DNA of 64,000 nucleotides from Fimbriimonadaceae bacterium (GTDB lineage: Bacteria > Armatimonadota > Fimbriimonadia > Fimbriimonadales > Fimbriimonadaceae), in the NCBI GenBank assembly GCA_020847855.1, contig JADLBH010000021.1:4773-68772 (forward strand), given 5' to 3'. Shown here piece after piece: positions 55,508-64,000 of the stretch. The notes under the pieces were generated by a model. The model was not told the DNA's origin and made no database searches. It worked only from the letters and a program-made list of their open reading frames with translations. Position 1 is the stretch's first letter; every line of letters starts with the position of its first letter. A program made the position numbers and the translations under genes.

Positions 55508-56660
55508 CCGTGCCCGAAAGAAGAACTCGAGTCCATCCCAGTCCTACCGCTGGAAGCCCTTATCTCTCGGGTTCGGCTTGAGGCTGCCCGGAGGAGCCTC
55601 GGGAGCCGTCGCGAGCCTTGCCGCAGGCCTAGGCGTGCATGCCGCGGGCCTGGTCGTCGCCAAGCCCGACAACGGCTGGCGCGTTCATTGGACGGGCCCA
55701 TGGGGCCCTGGAAAGCGCGCCGATGCCCTCGAATCAGGGAAACGGGCCGTGTTGACGGCGTCCGTTGTTCATGAGGGGACCATCGCGGTCCCCATCTACT
55801 TCCAGGGCAGGTGCGTGGCCGCAGTCGTCCTCCCCGACGGGGCCGTCCCGACCGGGCCCACGCGCGAGCTCTTCCAGGCGACCGGGGTCTCTGCGATCCT
55901 TCGGGAGGCAGCCTTCGAGATGTTGGCGTGGGAGTCGCAGACCGATGCGTTGACCGGGCTCGCAAATCCGAGGAACGTACGGTTACGCATTGACGAGGCC
56001 GCGGTCGAGTTCAGTACCGTGGCCCTGATGATGATCGACGTGGACCACTTCCGACTCTACAACGAGAAATGGGGGCACGAGGCCGGGAACAAGGCCCTGA
56101 TCGAGGTGGCGCGCGGGATCACGAGGGCCGCCGGACCCCGGGCGATCGTCGGACGCTATGGCGGGGAGGAGTTCGTGATCGCGATCCCCGATTGCTCGAG
56201 ACTTCAGTGCGTGCGGATCGCGGAACGGATCCGTAGCGAGGTGAAGTCTGCGAACCTACCCGAAGGCAAGGGGGTGACCGCCAGCATCGGGTGCGCGATC
56301 TTGCCCGACGACGGCGCCGAGACGGGCTCCTTGATCAGTGCGGCAGACTCCGCGATGTACAGGGCCAAACGTAACGGCAGGGATCGGGTCGAGGTCTATT
56401 CTCCTGGGTTCGACGATCCCACCGGAGCTCGGCTCGCCGGGGTCACCGTCCTCGACCTAGCCGAGGCATTGAGGACGATCCAACGGGTCCAACAGGAGGT
56501 CGTGTCGGCGTCTCGCGGGCACACCTTGGACGATGAGCAGGTTCGATATCTCGTCGCCTCCCGACTGCTCGAAGGGGAGGGGCCCGACGGTGCGAAGGCC
56601 ACCGATCTCCTCGTCGAGCTGGCGAGCCCGAGACCGCGGCGTCGAAAGAAGTCGGCGTAA
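55488..56660 (+). CDS. GGDEF diguanylate cyclase with N-terminal sensory (GAF-like) region
   Basis: Motifs DALTGLANPRN, IDVDHFRLYNEKWGHEAGNKAL, RYGGEEFVIAIP, ADSAMYRAKRNGRDRV. No RxxD I-site. The start is uncertain (GTG 55488, TTG about 55573, or GTG about 55632). Confidence 0.75.
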   Translation: MATPQRNRARKKNSSPSQSYRWKPLSLGFGLRLPGGASGAVASLAAGLGVHAAGLVVAKPDNGWRVHWTGPWGPGKRADALESGKRAVLTASVVHEGTIAVPIYFQGRCVAAVVLPDGAVPTGPTRELFQATGVSAILREAAFEMLAWESQTDALTGLANPRNVRLRIDEAAVEFSTVALMMIDVDHFRLYNEKWGHEAGNKALIEVARGITRAAGPRAIVGRYGGEEFVIAIPDCSRLQCVRIAERIRSEVKSANLPEGKGVTASIGCAILPDDGAETGSLISAADSAMYRAKRNGRDRVEVYSPGFDDPTGARLAGVTVLDLAEALRTIQRVQQEVVSASRGHTLDDEQVRYLVASRLLEGEGPDGAKATDLLVELASPRPRRRKKSA

Positions 56661-56685
56661 GTTTCCGACGCTGGGCCCACTCAGC

Positions 56686-56715
56686 TTGACGGTCCACCCC
56701 CCGCCATGCCACAAT
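56686..56715 (+). promoter_or_regulatory. candidate sigma-70-type promoter for rplU-rpmA
   Basis: TTGACG (56686-56691), an 18-nt spacer, then TGc-CACAAT (extended -10-like, 56707-56715). It lies about 53 nt upstream of the rplU ATG. Confidence 0.4.
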
Positions 56716-56768
56716 AGCGAGCCGGCCAACCTAGGGCGTGGTTCCTTGGTGCCGGTCTCGGAGCGACC

Positions 56769-57086
56769 ATGTACGCGATCGTAAAGACGGGTGGAAAACA
56801 GTACCGCGCAGAGAAGGGCGAGACCCTGATCGTTGAGAAGATCGAGGGCGAGCCCGGTTCTTCGGTGACCCTCGACGAGGTCGTGCTCGTCGCAAACGGG
56901 GAAAACGTGAAAGTCGGCTCGCCGTTCGTGAAAGGTGCTCGAGTCCAGGCTGAGATCGTGCGTCAGGCCAAGGGCCCGAAGATCCACGCCTTCAACTACA
57001 AGCCGAAGAAGAACGTTCGCAAGCGGTGGGGCCACCGCCAGCTCCAGACGCATCTCAAGGTGACCGAGGTCACCCCAGGAGGTTAG
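56769..57086 (+). CDS. rplU: 50S ribosomal protein L21
   Basis: N-terminus [18 protein letters not shown], then [14 protein letters not shown]. Confidence 0.95.
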   Translation: MYAIVKTGGKQYRAEKGETLIVEKIEGEPGSSVTLDEVVLVANGENVKVGSPFVKGARVQAEIVRQAKGPKIHAFNYKPKKNVRKRWGHRQLQTHLKVTEVTPGG

Positions 57087-57091
57087 ATTCC

Positions 57092-57349
57092 ATGGCACAC
57101 AAGAAGGGACAAGGTTCGACCAAGAACGGGCGGGACTCCAACTCGCAACGGCTCGGCGTGAAGCGCTACGGCGGCGAGGTCGTCAAGGCTGGGAACATCA
57201 TCGTTCGCCAGCGGGGCACGAAGTTCCATCCGGGTTCCGGGGTCGGGATCGGCAATGACCACACGCTGTTTGCGCTCATCGCGGGTCGGGTGACGTTCGA
57301 AGGCCCTGAGAAGCGACGCCGCATCGCCGTGTACGCCGACCAAGGCTAG
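57092..57349 (+). CDS. rpmA: 50S ribosomal protein L27
   Basis: Sequence [29 protein letters not shown]...[18 protein letters not shown] Shine-Dalgarno upstream. Confidence 0.95.
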   Translation: MAHKKGQGSTKNGRDSNSQRLGVKRYGGEVVKAGNIIVRQRGTKFHPGSGVGIGNDHTLFALIAGRVTFEGPEKRRRIAVYADQG

Positions 57350-57351
57350 GG

Positions 57352-58314
57352 CTAGATCAGTCCGGCCCGGACGAGGTCCTTGAGCATGAGGACGCCGACG
57401 GGCGTGCCTTGACTCACCACGGGCACTTCGCCGATCTTCTTCGGGAAGTTCTCCATGAACTCGAGGCCCTCCATGGCGAGCATGTCCGGCGAGATGGAGG
57501 CTGGGTTCGGGGTCATCAAGTCTGACGCGGAGCCCACGCTGGCCGATCCACCCCCTTCGAACCACCGTCGAAGGTCGCCGTCAGAGACCAAGCCGGTCAT
57601 AACGCCCGATCCGTCCACCACGATCGCTGCGCCCGCGCCAGCCTGAGTGATCGCGCGCATGGTCTCCATCACCGTCGCCGACTCTGCCACGACCGCCATG
57701 TCTTCCCCGGTCCGCATCACGTCCGAGACGCGGAGCATGAGTCGGCGGCCCAAGCTCCCGGCCGGGTGGAACCGAGCAAAATCCTCTGCGGTGAAGCCAC
57801 GGGACTCCATGGTCGCTACCGCCAGGGCGTCCGAGAGGGCCAACATCGCCGTCGTCGAGGTTGTAGGCGCAAGGTTCAAGGGGCAAGCCTCCGTCTGCAC
57901 CCCGACATCAAGAACAACGTCGGAGGCCTGGGCAAGGGTCGAATCTGGCCTGCCCGTGACCGCGATCGTCTTTGCGCCCAGGGCCCGGACCGCTTGCCCG
58001 ACCTGGACCAGCTCCGCGCCCTCACCGCTGTAGGAGTACGAGATCACCACATCCTCGGGCTTCACGAGCCCGAGATCGCCGTGAAGGGCCTCGGAAGCAT
58101 GGAGGAATACGGAGGGCGTCCCGGTCGAGGCAAACGTGGACGAGGCCTTCTGGGCGATCAGGCCGCTTTTGCCCAACCCGCAACAAACGGCTCGACCGTC
58201 GCATGCCAACAACATTTGGATCGCCTGCTCGAAGGCCTCCCCGAGGCTGGTGGCCAAGTTCGAGAGCGCGACCGCCTCCTCGTTGCAGACGCGACGGCCC
58301 GCCTCCAAGCTCAT
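57352..58314 (-). CDS. kdsD: arabinose-5-phosphate isomerase (SIS domain plus CBS pair)
   Basis: Motifs GLGKSGLIAQKASSTFASTGTPSVFLHASEALHGDLG and two C-terminal CBS repeats. The ATG overlaps the upstream stop (ATGA). Confidence 0.85.
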   Translation of the reverse strand: MSLEAGRRVCNEEAVALSNLATSLGEAFEQAIQMLLACDGRAVCCGLGKSGLIAQKASSTFASTGTPSVFLHASEALHGDLGLVKPEDVVISYSYSGEGAELVQVGQAVRALGAKTIAVTGRPDSTLAQASDVVLDVGVQTEACPLNLAPTTSTTAMLALSDALAVATMESRGFTAEDFARFHPAGSLGRRLMLRVSDVMRTGEDMAVVAESATVMETMRAITQAGAGAAIVVDGSGVMTGLVSDGDLRRWFEGGGSASVGSASDLMTPNPASISPDMLAMEGLEFMENFPKKIGEVPVVSQGTPVGVLMLKDLVRAGLI

Positions 58315-59291
58315 CGCGCGCCCTCCCGATCGTGCAGGATCGTCTCCCCAAAGAACGAACGAACCCACTCGAACGCGATCCCGGCCGTCGTGTTGGCGTG
58401 ATCCCGCAACGGGTTGACCTCGACCACGTCGAGACCCGCCAAGCTCGGCCCCGCATGGGAAACGAAGCCCTCGTGCAAGGTCTCCGCGATCAGGTGGCCC
58501 TCACGATAGCTAAACCCACCGCGCACAGCCGTCCCCGTGCCGGGAGCGAAAATTGGGTCGAGAGAGTCCACGTCGAAGCTCACCCAGATCTTCTCCAGTC
58601 CTGAGTTCGCGGCCCACTCCCAGAACGAGTCCAATGTCGGGCCGAGCCCGAGCGTGTCCACGGTCTGCATCGTCGCGACGAACGACCGACTGGCGCGTGC
58701 GATAAAGCGGGCTTCGCCCGGGTCCACGTCTCGCAAGCCGATCCAAGCTGCGTGGTTGGGATCGAGCGGGCTCTTGGCACTGAGTTCCAGCAGGCGCGGC
58801 CAAAGAAGGTCGAGTTCCTCTCGCCATGCCACGTCCTCCCTGCACGGAGCGTCGGTGCCCGTCAGTGCGGCGAGAGGCATCCCATGGATGTTCCCGCTCG
58901 GCGAGGTCGCGGGCGAGTTGCAGTCCGCGTGAGCATCAATCCAGAGCACCCCAAGCTTGTCCCCATAGACCTCGAGCGCGGCCGAGAGGCTCCCGATCGT
59001 CAAACTGTGGTCGCCCCCCAAGACGACCGGCACCCGCCCATGGTGGCAGGATTCTGCGACCCGAGCCTTGAGCGAGACCAAGGTCTCGCAAAGGAGTTTC
59101 CCCGCCTCGCCGCGCTCGACCTCGGCACGTTCGTCCACCGCGACGACGTCGCCGAGATCCCGTACGTTCTCCTCACCCACGATCTGGCCGAGCCCTGGCA
59201 CCAACCCGGCCAGCCTCAAGCTGATCGGGCCCAGTCGCGAGCCCAAGTGCCTGCCGCACAAGTCGAACGGCACCCCAATGACATCGAGCAC
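58311..59291 (-). CDS. arginase-family ureohydrolase (arginase-like)
   Basis: Motifs GGDHSLTIG, WIDAHADCNSP..SPSGNIHGMPLA, SFDVDSLDP. Confidence 0.75.
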   Translation of the reverse strand: MLDVIGVPFDLCGRHLGSRLGPISLRLAGLVPGLGQIVGEENVRDLGDVVAVDERAEVERGEAGKLLCETLVSLKARVAESCHHGRVPVVLGGDHSLTIGSLSAALEVYGDKLGVLWIDAHADCNSPATSPSGNIHGMPLAALTGTDAPCREDVAWREELDLLWPRLLELSAKSPLDPNHAAWIGLRDVDPGEARFIARASRSFVATMQTVDTLGLGPTLDSFWEWAANSGLEKIWVSFDVDSLDPIFAPGTGTAVRGGFSYREGHLIAETLHEGFVSHAGPSLAGLDVVEVNPLRDHANTTAGIAFEWVRSFFGETILHDREGAR

Positions 59292-59296
59292 GAGTG

Positions 59297-59338
59297 GATT
59301 CTACTGGGCCCGGCCCAAGAGTCTCGGGCTGTAGAATC
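59297..59338. promoter_or_regulatory. 42-nt imperfect palindrome in the arginase/pdxT divergent intergenic region
   Basis: GATTCTAC (59297-59304) and GTAGAATC (59331-59338) are perfect inverted repeats. An inner GCCCG/CGGGC pair lies between them. The right arm contains TAGAAT 8 nt before the pdxT ATG. Confidence 0.35.
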
Positions 59339-59345
59339 GGGCACG

Positions 59346-59903
59346 ATGGGCAAGGTCGGGGTTCTCTCCGTACAGGGCGACTTTGCCCGTCACCGCCACG
59401 TCTTCCACGATTTGGGCATCGAAACCCAGGAGGTTCGAGTTCCGGAAGACCTCGTCGAGTGCGACCGCATCGTCCTCCCTGGGGGGGAGAGCACGACGAT
59501 CGGAATGCTCATGGAGCGAACCGGCTTGCTCACCACCCTCAAAGCTGAGATCAGGGCCGGTTTGCCCGCATGGGGAACCTGCGCAGGGATGATCCTGCTA
59601 GCCCGCGAGGTCGAGGGTGGGTCAGGGCCCCGGCTCGATATCTTGGACGTCACCGTTCGGCGCAATGCCTTTGGTCGCCAGGTCCACAGTTTCGAGAGCG
59701 ACGTGGAGGTGGAGGGGGTAGGGACGGTGACCGCGGTTTTCATCCGGGCCCCGATCGTCACGCGGGTGGGCGCGGGAGTCAAGGTCTTGAGCACAGTGAG
59801 CGAAGGGGTCGTGGCCGTTCGAGAAGGGAACGTCCTCGCCACCTCGTTCCATCCGGAACTCACGGGTGACCCTCGTGTTCACGAGTGGTTCGCTAGCCTC
59901 TGA
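59346..59903 (+). CDS. pdxT: pyridoxal 5'-phosphate synthase glutaminase subunit
   Basis: Motifs VGVLSVQGDF, LPGGESTT, GTCAGMILLA, SFHPELT. No pdxS in the window. Confidence 0.9.
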   Translation: MGKVGVLSVQGDFARHRHVFHDLGIETQEVRVPEDLVECDRIVLPGGESTTIGMLMERTGLLTTLKAEIRAGLPAWGTCAGMILLAREVEGGSGPRLDILDVTVRRNAFGRQVHSFESDVEVEGVGTVTAVFIRAPIVTRVGAGVKVLSTVSEGVVAVREGNVLATSFHPELTGDPRVHEWFASL

Positions 59904-60951
59904 GCGAGCGCTCCCACTCCGGGACCCCGACGGGAGCACCCAGGCGGGAGTAAGTGGCCCAGACGTCCTCGCCCAAGGAGCGAACCGATTGCAAGACCAG
60001 GCCCGCAGGCGGTTCGAGGCTCCTTCCATGGCCAAACCGATTCCCGGAGGAGAAGAGGTCGAACCGGTCAATGAGGCTCTGTTCCGTAAAGGCGCGTATC
60101 GTCCGAGGTCCGCCCTCGATCAGTACCGAAGTCGTGCCCTGCGCGAGAAGTTCCGTGAGGAGCGCTCCCAAATCGAGGCCAGACCTTAGGATAGGAACCC
60201 CGATCTCGCCCGCTGCCGCGTTCGCCTCGGACACGATTCGAACCGCGGGCGCTCCGTCAAAGAGAGAGGAGTCCACGGGGACTCGCCGGTGAGGGTCAAT
60301 CACGTATCGGCGTGGCTGCCAGCCGGTCTCGAACGCCCTGACCGTGAGGAGCGGCCGGTCGAGAACGGCTGTCTCCGCCCCGATCAGCACGGCCCCTGCC
60401 TCAGCCCGTAGACCGTGACCTGCGGCCCGTGCCCGCTCGCCCGTGATCCATCGGCTTGTGCCGTCCGGTTGGGCCATAAAGCCGTCAGCGGTGAGTGCGG
60501 CCTTGGCGATCCCATAGGCACGACTGCAACGATGCGCATTCAGGAAGGCAGAATTGATCGCCGAGGCCTCGCTGCTCGGCTCGTGACGAACCACGACCCC
60601 GGCGGTCCTCAGCCTTTCCGCACCTCCCTGGGCGGTCGGATTCGGATCGGCATCCGCGTAGACGACCTCCCTGACGCCGGCTTCCAAGAGTGCCAGGGAG
60701 CACGGGGGCGTCAACCCTTGGTGGTCGCACGGCTCCAGGGTCACATAGGCTGTCGCGCCGCGGGCCAGCCTGCCTGCTTCTCCCAAGGCGACGATCTCTG
60801 CGTGCGGCCCCCCTTTGCGATCGTGGTGCCCCTGGCCGACGATCCGTCCATCGGAGACGAGGACGCAACCCACCCTAGGGTTCGGAGCGGGCCAGCCGCG
60901 CGCCGCCAGTTCGGCCGCCCTCGCCATGAGTGCCCTACTCGTCAGCGGCAT
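59893..60951 (-). CDS. ribD: bifunctional diaminohydroxyphosphoribosylaminopyrimidine deaminase / 5-amino-6-(5-phosphoribosylamino)uracil reductase
   Basis: Motifs PNPRVGCVLV, GPHAEIVAL, LEPCDHQGLTPPC, plus a C-terminal reductase domain. Confidence 0.9.
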   Translation of the reverse strand: MPLTSRALMARAAELAARGWPAPNPRVGCVLVSDGRIVGQGHHDRKGGPHAEIVALGEAGRLARGATAYVTLEPCDHQGLTPPCSLALLEAGVREVVYADADPNPTAQGGAERLRTAGVVVRHEPSSEASAINSAFLNAHRCSRAYGIAKAALTADGFMAQPDGTSRWITGERARAAGHGLRAEAGAVLIGAETAVLDRPLLTVRAFETGWQPRRYVIDPHRRVPVDSSLFDGAPAVRIVSEANAAAGEIGVPILRSGLDLGALLTELLAQGTTSVLIEGGPRTIRAFTEQSLIDRFDLFSSGNRFGHGRSLEPPAGLVLQSVRSLGEDVWATYSRLGAPVGVPEWERSLRG

Positions 60952-61225
60952 GGTCCTCGAGCGACGCTTCCACCAGTTCCTTGAGCATCTCGCGCTCCCG
61001 CTTCGCAAGGTCGTGCCTCTCGCGGGCGACGATCAGGATCGCTCCCAGGGCCACAGCGACCCACACGATCACGGTGAGCATCACGACGCTCACAAGCCGC
61101 ACGGCGTGGGCCTTGAGCTCTGCCGGTTGGGCGTCCTCGCCTGGCCCTCGCAGGAGGAACGGGAGCCCGAGGACGAGGCCCAGGCCGAAAACGACCAAGG
61201 CCGTCGTCAAGACGCGCAGAGGCAC
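60935..61225 (-). CDS. small two-TM membrane protein, unknown function
   Basis: 96 aa with two hydrophobic helices and a charged helical tail. It overlaps the rpe 3' end (19 nt) and the ribD 5' end (17 nt). Confidence 0.5.
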   Translation of the reverse strand: MPLRVLTTALVVFGLGLVLGLPFLLRGPGEDAQPAELKAHAVRLVSVVMLTVIVWVAVALGAILIVARERHDLAKREREMLKELVEASLEDHAADE

Positions 61226-61860
61226 GCTTTGCGCAGCTCCTGAACCCCGGACGCGATGCTCGCCGCACCCGCGAGATAGCTCCCGGTCACAAACGTGGTC
61301 GCCCCGGCCTCGAGCAACCTCGGGAGGGTCCCCGGCGTGACCCCTCCATCCACCTCGATGTCCAACTCAGGGGCGATCGCGCGGAGCTCCCGAACCTTCG
61401 GGATGCAGGACTCGATGAGCGATTGCCCGCCCCATCCGGGGTTTACGGTCATCACGAGCACGAGGTCGAGGATATCGAGCATCGGGAGGACCGTCGAAAC
61501 CGGTGTCGCCGGGTTGATCGCGATCCCGGCCTCGACTCCCATTTCTCGGAGCGCCTGCACCAGGCGATGGGAGTGGACGGTGGCCTCCTGGTGGAAGGTG
61601 ATGCGCCTACAACCCGCCTTCACAAACGCCTCGAAGTGCCGCTCCGGGGTGAGGGTCATGAGGTGGGCCTCGAGCGGGGCCTCACCGAGCGTCGAGAGCG
61701 AGGAGGCAAGTTCGGCCCCGAACGTGATCGGCGGGACGAACTGGCCATCCATCACATCCAGGTGGATCCAGTCCACCCCGGCCTTTTGAAGCTCCAAGAC
61801 CGGCGCACGATAGTCCGCTGGGTCGAACGAGAGGATGGAGGGTGCGATCCGCGCTCTCAC
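61207..61860 (-). CDS. rpe: ribulose-phosphate 3-epimerase
   Basis: Motifs IAPSILSFD, HLDVMDGQFVP, MTVNPGWGGQ, VDGG. GTG start overlaps the upstream stop (GTGA). Confidence 0.9.
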   Translation of the reverse strand: MRARIAPSILSFDPADYRAPVLELQKAGVDWIHLDVMDGQFVPPITFGAELASSLSTLGEAPLEAHLMTLTPERHFEAFVKAGCRRITFHQEATVHSHRLVQALREMGVEAGIAINPATPVSTVLPMLDILDLVLVMTVNPGWGGQSLIESCIPKVRELRAIAPELDIEVDGGVTPGTLPRLLEAGATTFVTGSYLAGAASIASGVQELRKACLCAS

Positions 61861-63581
61861 CCTGCCTCCTTCGTCACCTTTCGGACCAGTTCGTCGTCGA
61901 AGTAGATTCGGAACGTGACCTCGCGGCTGGGACTGTCTGCCTCGACCACAAAGCTTTCGCCCGGGCGGTGCTCTTCCTCATGGACGGTCGTGGTTTCGTT
62001 CTCGTCCGTGACGTCCACCTTCACCATCACGGGAACCGTGCCCTCCGGCATCTTCACCTTCATCGTGTACGTGAACTTGCCTCCCGATCCGGGCTGGACA
62101 GGCTCCGTGTCGCCGTTGCTCACCGTGATGCTCACTTTCGAATCTCGATCCGCCTTCTTCTTGGCGGCGGGCTCCTGCGAGACGACCTGACCGAACGGCA
62201 CCTCCTTGTCCCGCACCTTGTTGATCTCGGTATCGAGCACGAGGCCCACCTGGAGCAGGATCTCCTTGGCTTGGTCTTCCGACTTGCCCGTGAGGTCCGG
62301 CACGACGACAACCTTTCCCCCACTGCTCAAGGTCACATTCACGAACGAGCCTTCGCGGGCCTTGTCTTGGCCCGCGGGGGGTTGTTGGTCAATCACGACC
62401 CCGGAAGGATATCGGTCGCTCACCGCCCAGCGAACCACCACCATCCGCACGCTTGCCTTGGCAAGCCTAGTCTTGGCCTCGTTCGAGGGAAGGCCCACCA
62501 CGTTGGGGACGTCCACCAGTTTTGGCGCACGGGCATTGAAGGCGACCCACCCCCCGACCGCCAAGATGACCAGGGACGTGGTCAGGTAGAAGAGCACCGT
62601 GAGCCAGGTGGGAACCCCGTCCGTCTGCTTGTTGGCTCGGTTCGCCTTGGCGATCCGTTCCTTCCTCGTCGGAGGCTGGCCCTCCACCGCGTTCATGGTC
62701 GGCGCGATGGGTGCGACCTCGGGCTCCCGGCCCGGCGGGGGCCACGTGAGGTTGTGCCCGAAGCGTAGCGCGTCCAAGACATAGCGAAGGTCGTGTGCCA
62801 GGGCCTGCGCGGAAGGGTACCGATCCCGCCGCGACTTGGAGAGGCACTTCCGCACAATCTCGTCCACCGCGGCCGGCACCCCAGGCAGCGTGAACTTCAT
62901 GGACGGGTACGGGCTCATCGCGTGCTTCTCCGCAAGTGCGGAGGCTGTGCCCGAGGAATAGGGTACGCGACCGGTCACCATCTGATAGAGCACGATACCG
63001 AGTGCGTAGATGTCGGAGCCCGGGCTTGGCATCGCGCCCGAGCTGACCTCCGGGGCAAGGTACGGGGCCATCCGCTGAATCATGGCTAACCCGGCAGACT
63101 TGCTCTCGGAGTAGGTTTCCCAGAACCCTGGCAGGGCGAGGAGGGCGGCACCCTTGGGAGGGAGCAGGACGTTGTATGGCGAGACGTCGCCATGGGCGAT
63201 CCCTTCGGCATGAAGCCGAACCAGTGCATCGGCCGCGTCCGCCGCGAGGGTGAGGGCGAGCTGGGTGCTCAGCGAGCCCAGTTTCCTTAGGCGCTCGTCC
63301 AATGTGATTGCGTCGGGACGATCCGTGACCAAGGCGACAGACTCACCCTCGTGGAAGAAGCCCTTCACCTCTTCGAAGCCTTCGAGCCTCATCCCCCGAA
63401 GCAGCTCCGCATGGCGGGCGAGAGACCGCACGAACTCCGGCTCCCTGTCGAAGGGTTCAAGCAAGACGCGGATTCGCGCCGCCTCACCGCCGGGGCCTTC
63501 GGCCATGTAGCTGCCCCAAACCGGATGCGTCTCCAGCTCGCTCTGGACTCGATATCGCAAGCCGATCGTAGTACCGATCAC
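61857..63581 (-). CDS. PknB-like Hanks-fold protein with TM helix and two PASTA domains; catalytic motifs degenerate (predicted pseudokinase)
   Basis: The fold is recognisable (LAPE, SDIYALGIVLYQMVTGRVPY, RDRY). However ARIRVL stands for VAIK, HGDVSPYN for HRDxKPxN, LPG for DFG, and there is no Gly-rich loop. Two PASTA repeats follow (VPNVVGL... and VVPDLTGK...). Confidence 0.75.
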   Translation of the reverse strand: MIGTTIGLRYRVQSELETHPVWGSYMAEGPGGEAARIRVLLEPFDREPEFVRSLARHAELLRGMRLEGFEEVKGFFHEGESVALVTDRPDAITLDERLRKLGSLSTQLALTLAADAADALVRLHAEGIAHGDVSPYNVLLPPKGAALLALPGFWETYSESKSAGLAMIQRMAPYLAPEVSSGAMPSPGSDIYALGIVLYQMVTGRVPYSSGTASALAEKHAMSPYPSMKFTLPGVPAAVDEIVRKCLSKSRRDRYPSAQALAHDLRYVLDALRFGHNLTWPPPGREPEVAPIAPTMNAVEGQPPTRKERIAKANRANKQTDGVPTWLTVLFYLTTSLVILAVGGWVAFNARAPKLVDVPNVVGLPSNEAKTRLAKASVRMVVVRWAVSDRYPSGVVIDQQPPAGQDKAREGSFVNVTLSSGGKVVVVPDLTGKSEDQAKEILLQVGLVLDTEINKVRDKEVPFGQVVSQEPAAKKKADRDSKVSITVSNGDTEPVQPGSGGKFTYTMKVKMPEGTVPVMVKVDVTDENETTTVHEEEHRPGESFVVEADSPSREVTFRIYFDDELVRKVTKEAG

Positions 63582-63784
63582 GCGGACGGCTCCTCTCGGT
63601 CCACCGCAACGAGGAGTACGATCACGAATAGGACGGCGGTGCTCAAGTACGGGAGAGTCGTCGCATCCAAGCCACGGATGTACGTCGCGGTGTCACCGTT
63701 CCAATAGACGTATTGACTCAGGAAGTAGCCCGGCAACGTCAGTGCGGTCACCGCAATCGCTAGGGCGGCTCGGAGCGCCTTCAT
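63578..63784 (-). CDS. small membrane protein, unknown function
   Basis: 68 aa with two hydrophobic segments. It is coupled by ATGA to the upstream gene and by GTGA to the downstream gene. Confidence 0.45.
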   Translation of the reverse strand: MKALRAALAIAVTALTLPGYFLSQYVYWNGDTATYIRGLDATTLPYLSTAVLFVIVLLVAVDREEPSA

Positions 63785-64000
63785 CTCGAGTCGAGCGACG
63801 CGGCAACCTCCCCCGCCTCGACGCCTTCCACTAGTTTACACTCCCCTGCGCGAGTCACAAGACTGAAGGCAAGGCCCTCCCCAGTCCGCTTCTTGTCGCG
63901 CGCCATCTGCTCGATCAAGGACTCGGTTCTCAGTCCACTGGGTACGGCGACAGGGAGGCCCTGACGGAGAAGCCCGGACCGGAGACGCTCCGTGAAACCC
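63781..64000 (-). CDS. aroB: 3-dehydroquinate synthase, C-terminal fragment (5' end outside window)
   Basis: My hand translation gives ...GFTERLRSGLLRQGLPVAVPSGLRTESLIEQMARDKKRTGEGLAFSLVTRAGECKLVEGV..., which matches the AroB C-terminal pattern (GLP...M..DKK....L.F.L). Confidence 0.6.
   Translation of the reverse strand, partial: GFTERLRSGLLRQGLPVAVPSGLRTESLIEQMARDKKRTGEGLAFSLVTRAGECKLVEGVEAGEVAASLDSR

Noticed and set aside
1-64000. rRNA, tRNA, tmRNA, CRISPR arrays, transposases, integrases, prophage genes
   Set aside because: I saw no T-loop-like GGTTCGAATCC-type motif. There are no regularly spaced direct repeats, and no ORF with DDE, tyrosine-recombinase or serine-recombinase signatures. 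The intergenic space is too small to hide such elements, apart from the two gaps of about 300 nt discussed above.

Overview
High-GC, very compact bacterial chromosomal segment with about 58 protein-coding genes. I found no rRNA, tRNA, CRISPR array, transposase or integrase. Several markers suggest an Armatimonadota- or PVC-like organism, but this is inference only: an H-X9-DG prepilin-like protein, two PEP-CTERM proteins and a TIGR03790-like lipoprotein. Housekeeping genes present are mtnA, pdp, maf, rnc, cdd, mutS2, rpsR, rplU, rpmA, kdsD, pdxT, ribD, rpe and a partial aroB. They sit among three notable blocks. (1) A 20-kb run of 19 minus-strand genes (36427 to 16029). An ABC-2 exporter, two uncharacterised membrane proteins and a MoxR-DUF58-BatA/VWA module are overlap-coupled, and run with almost no gap into rhaEW-rhaB-lutABC and a pilin-like gene. 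(2) A tolC-MFP-RND operon ending 4 nt before a P1B-4 (SPC/HEGST) metal ATPase, preceded by a 310-nt protein-free leader. (3) An aroB-x-PASTA kinase-like-rpe-x-ribD chain in which the kinase domain has lost its key catalytic residues. Other observations are a clostripain-like protein with Ser at the expected nucleophile Cys position, a receiver-fold protein with Asn at the phosphoacceptor position, and a strongly signalled 44-aa lipoprotein gene. There are also three convergent gene pairs whose stop codons share a CTAG tetranucleotide, and TAnnnT hexamers 6-8 nt upstream of several start codons, which suggests leaderless mRNAs. All functional calls come from reading motifs in the supplied translations. 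No database search was run.
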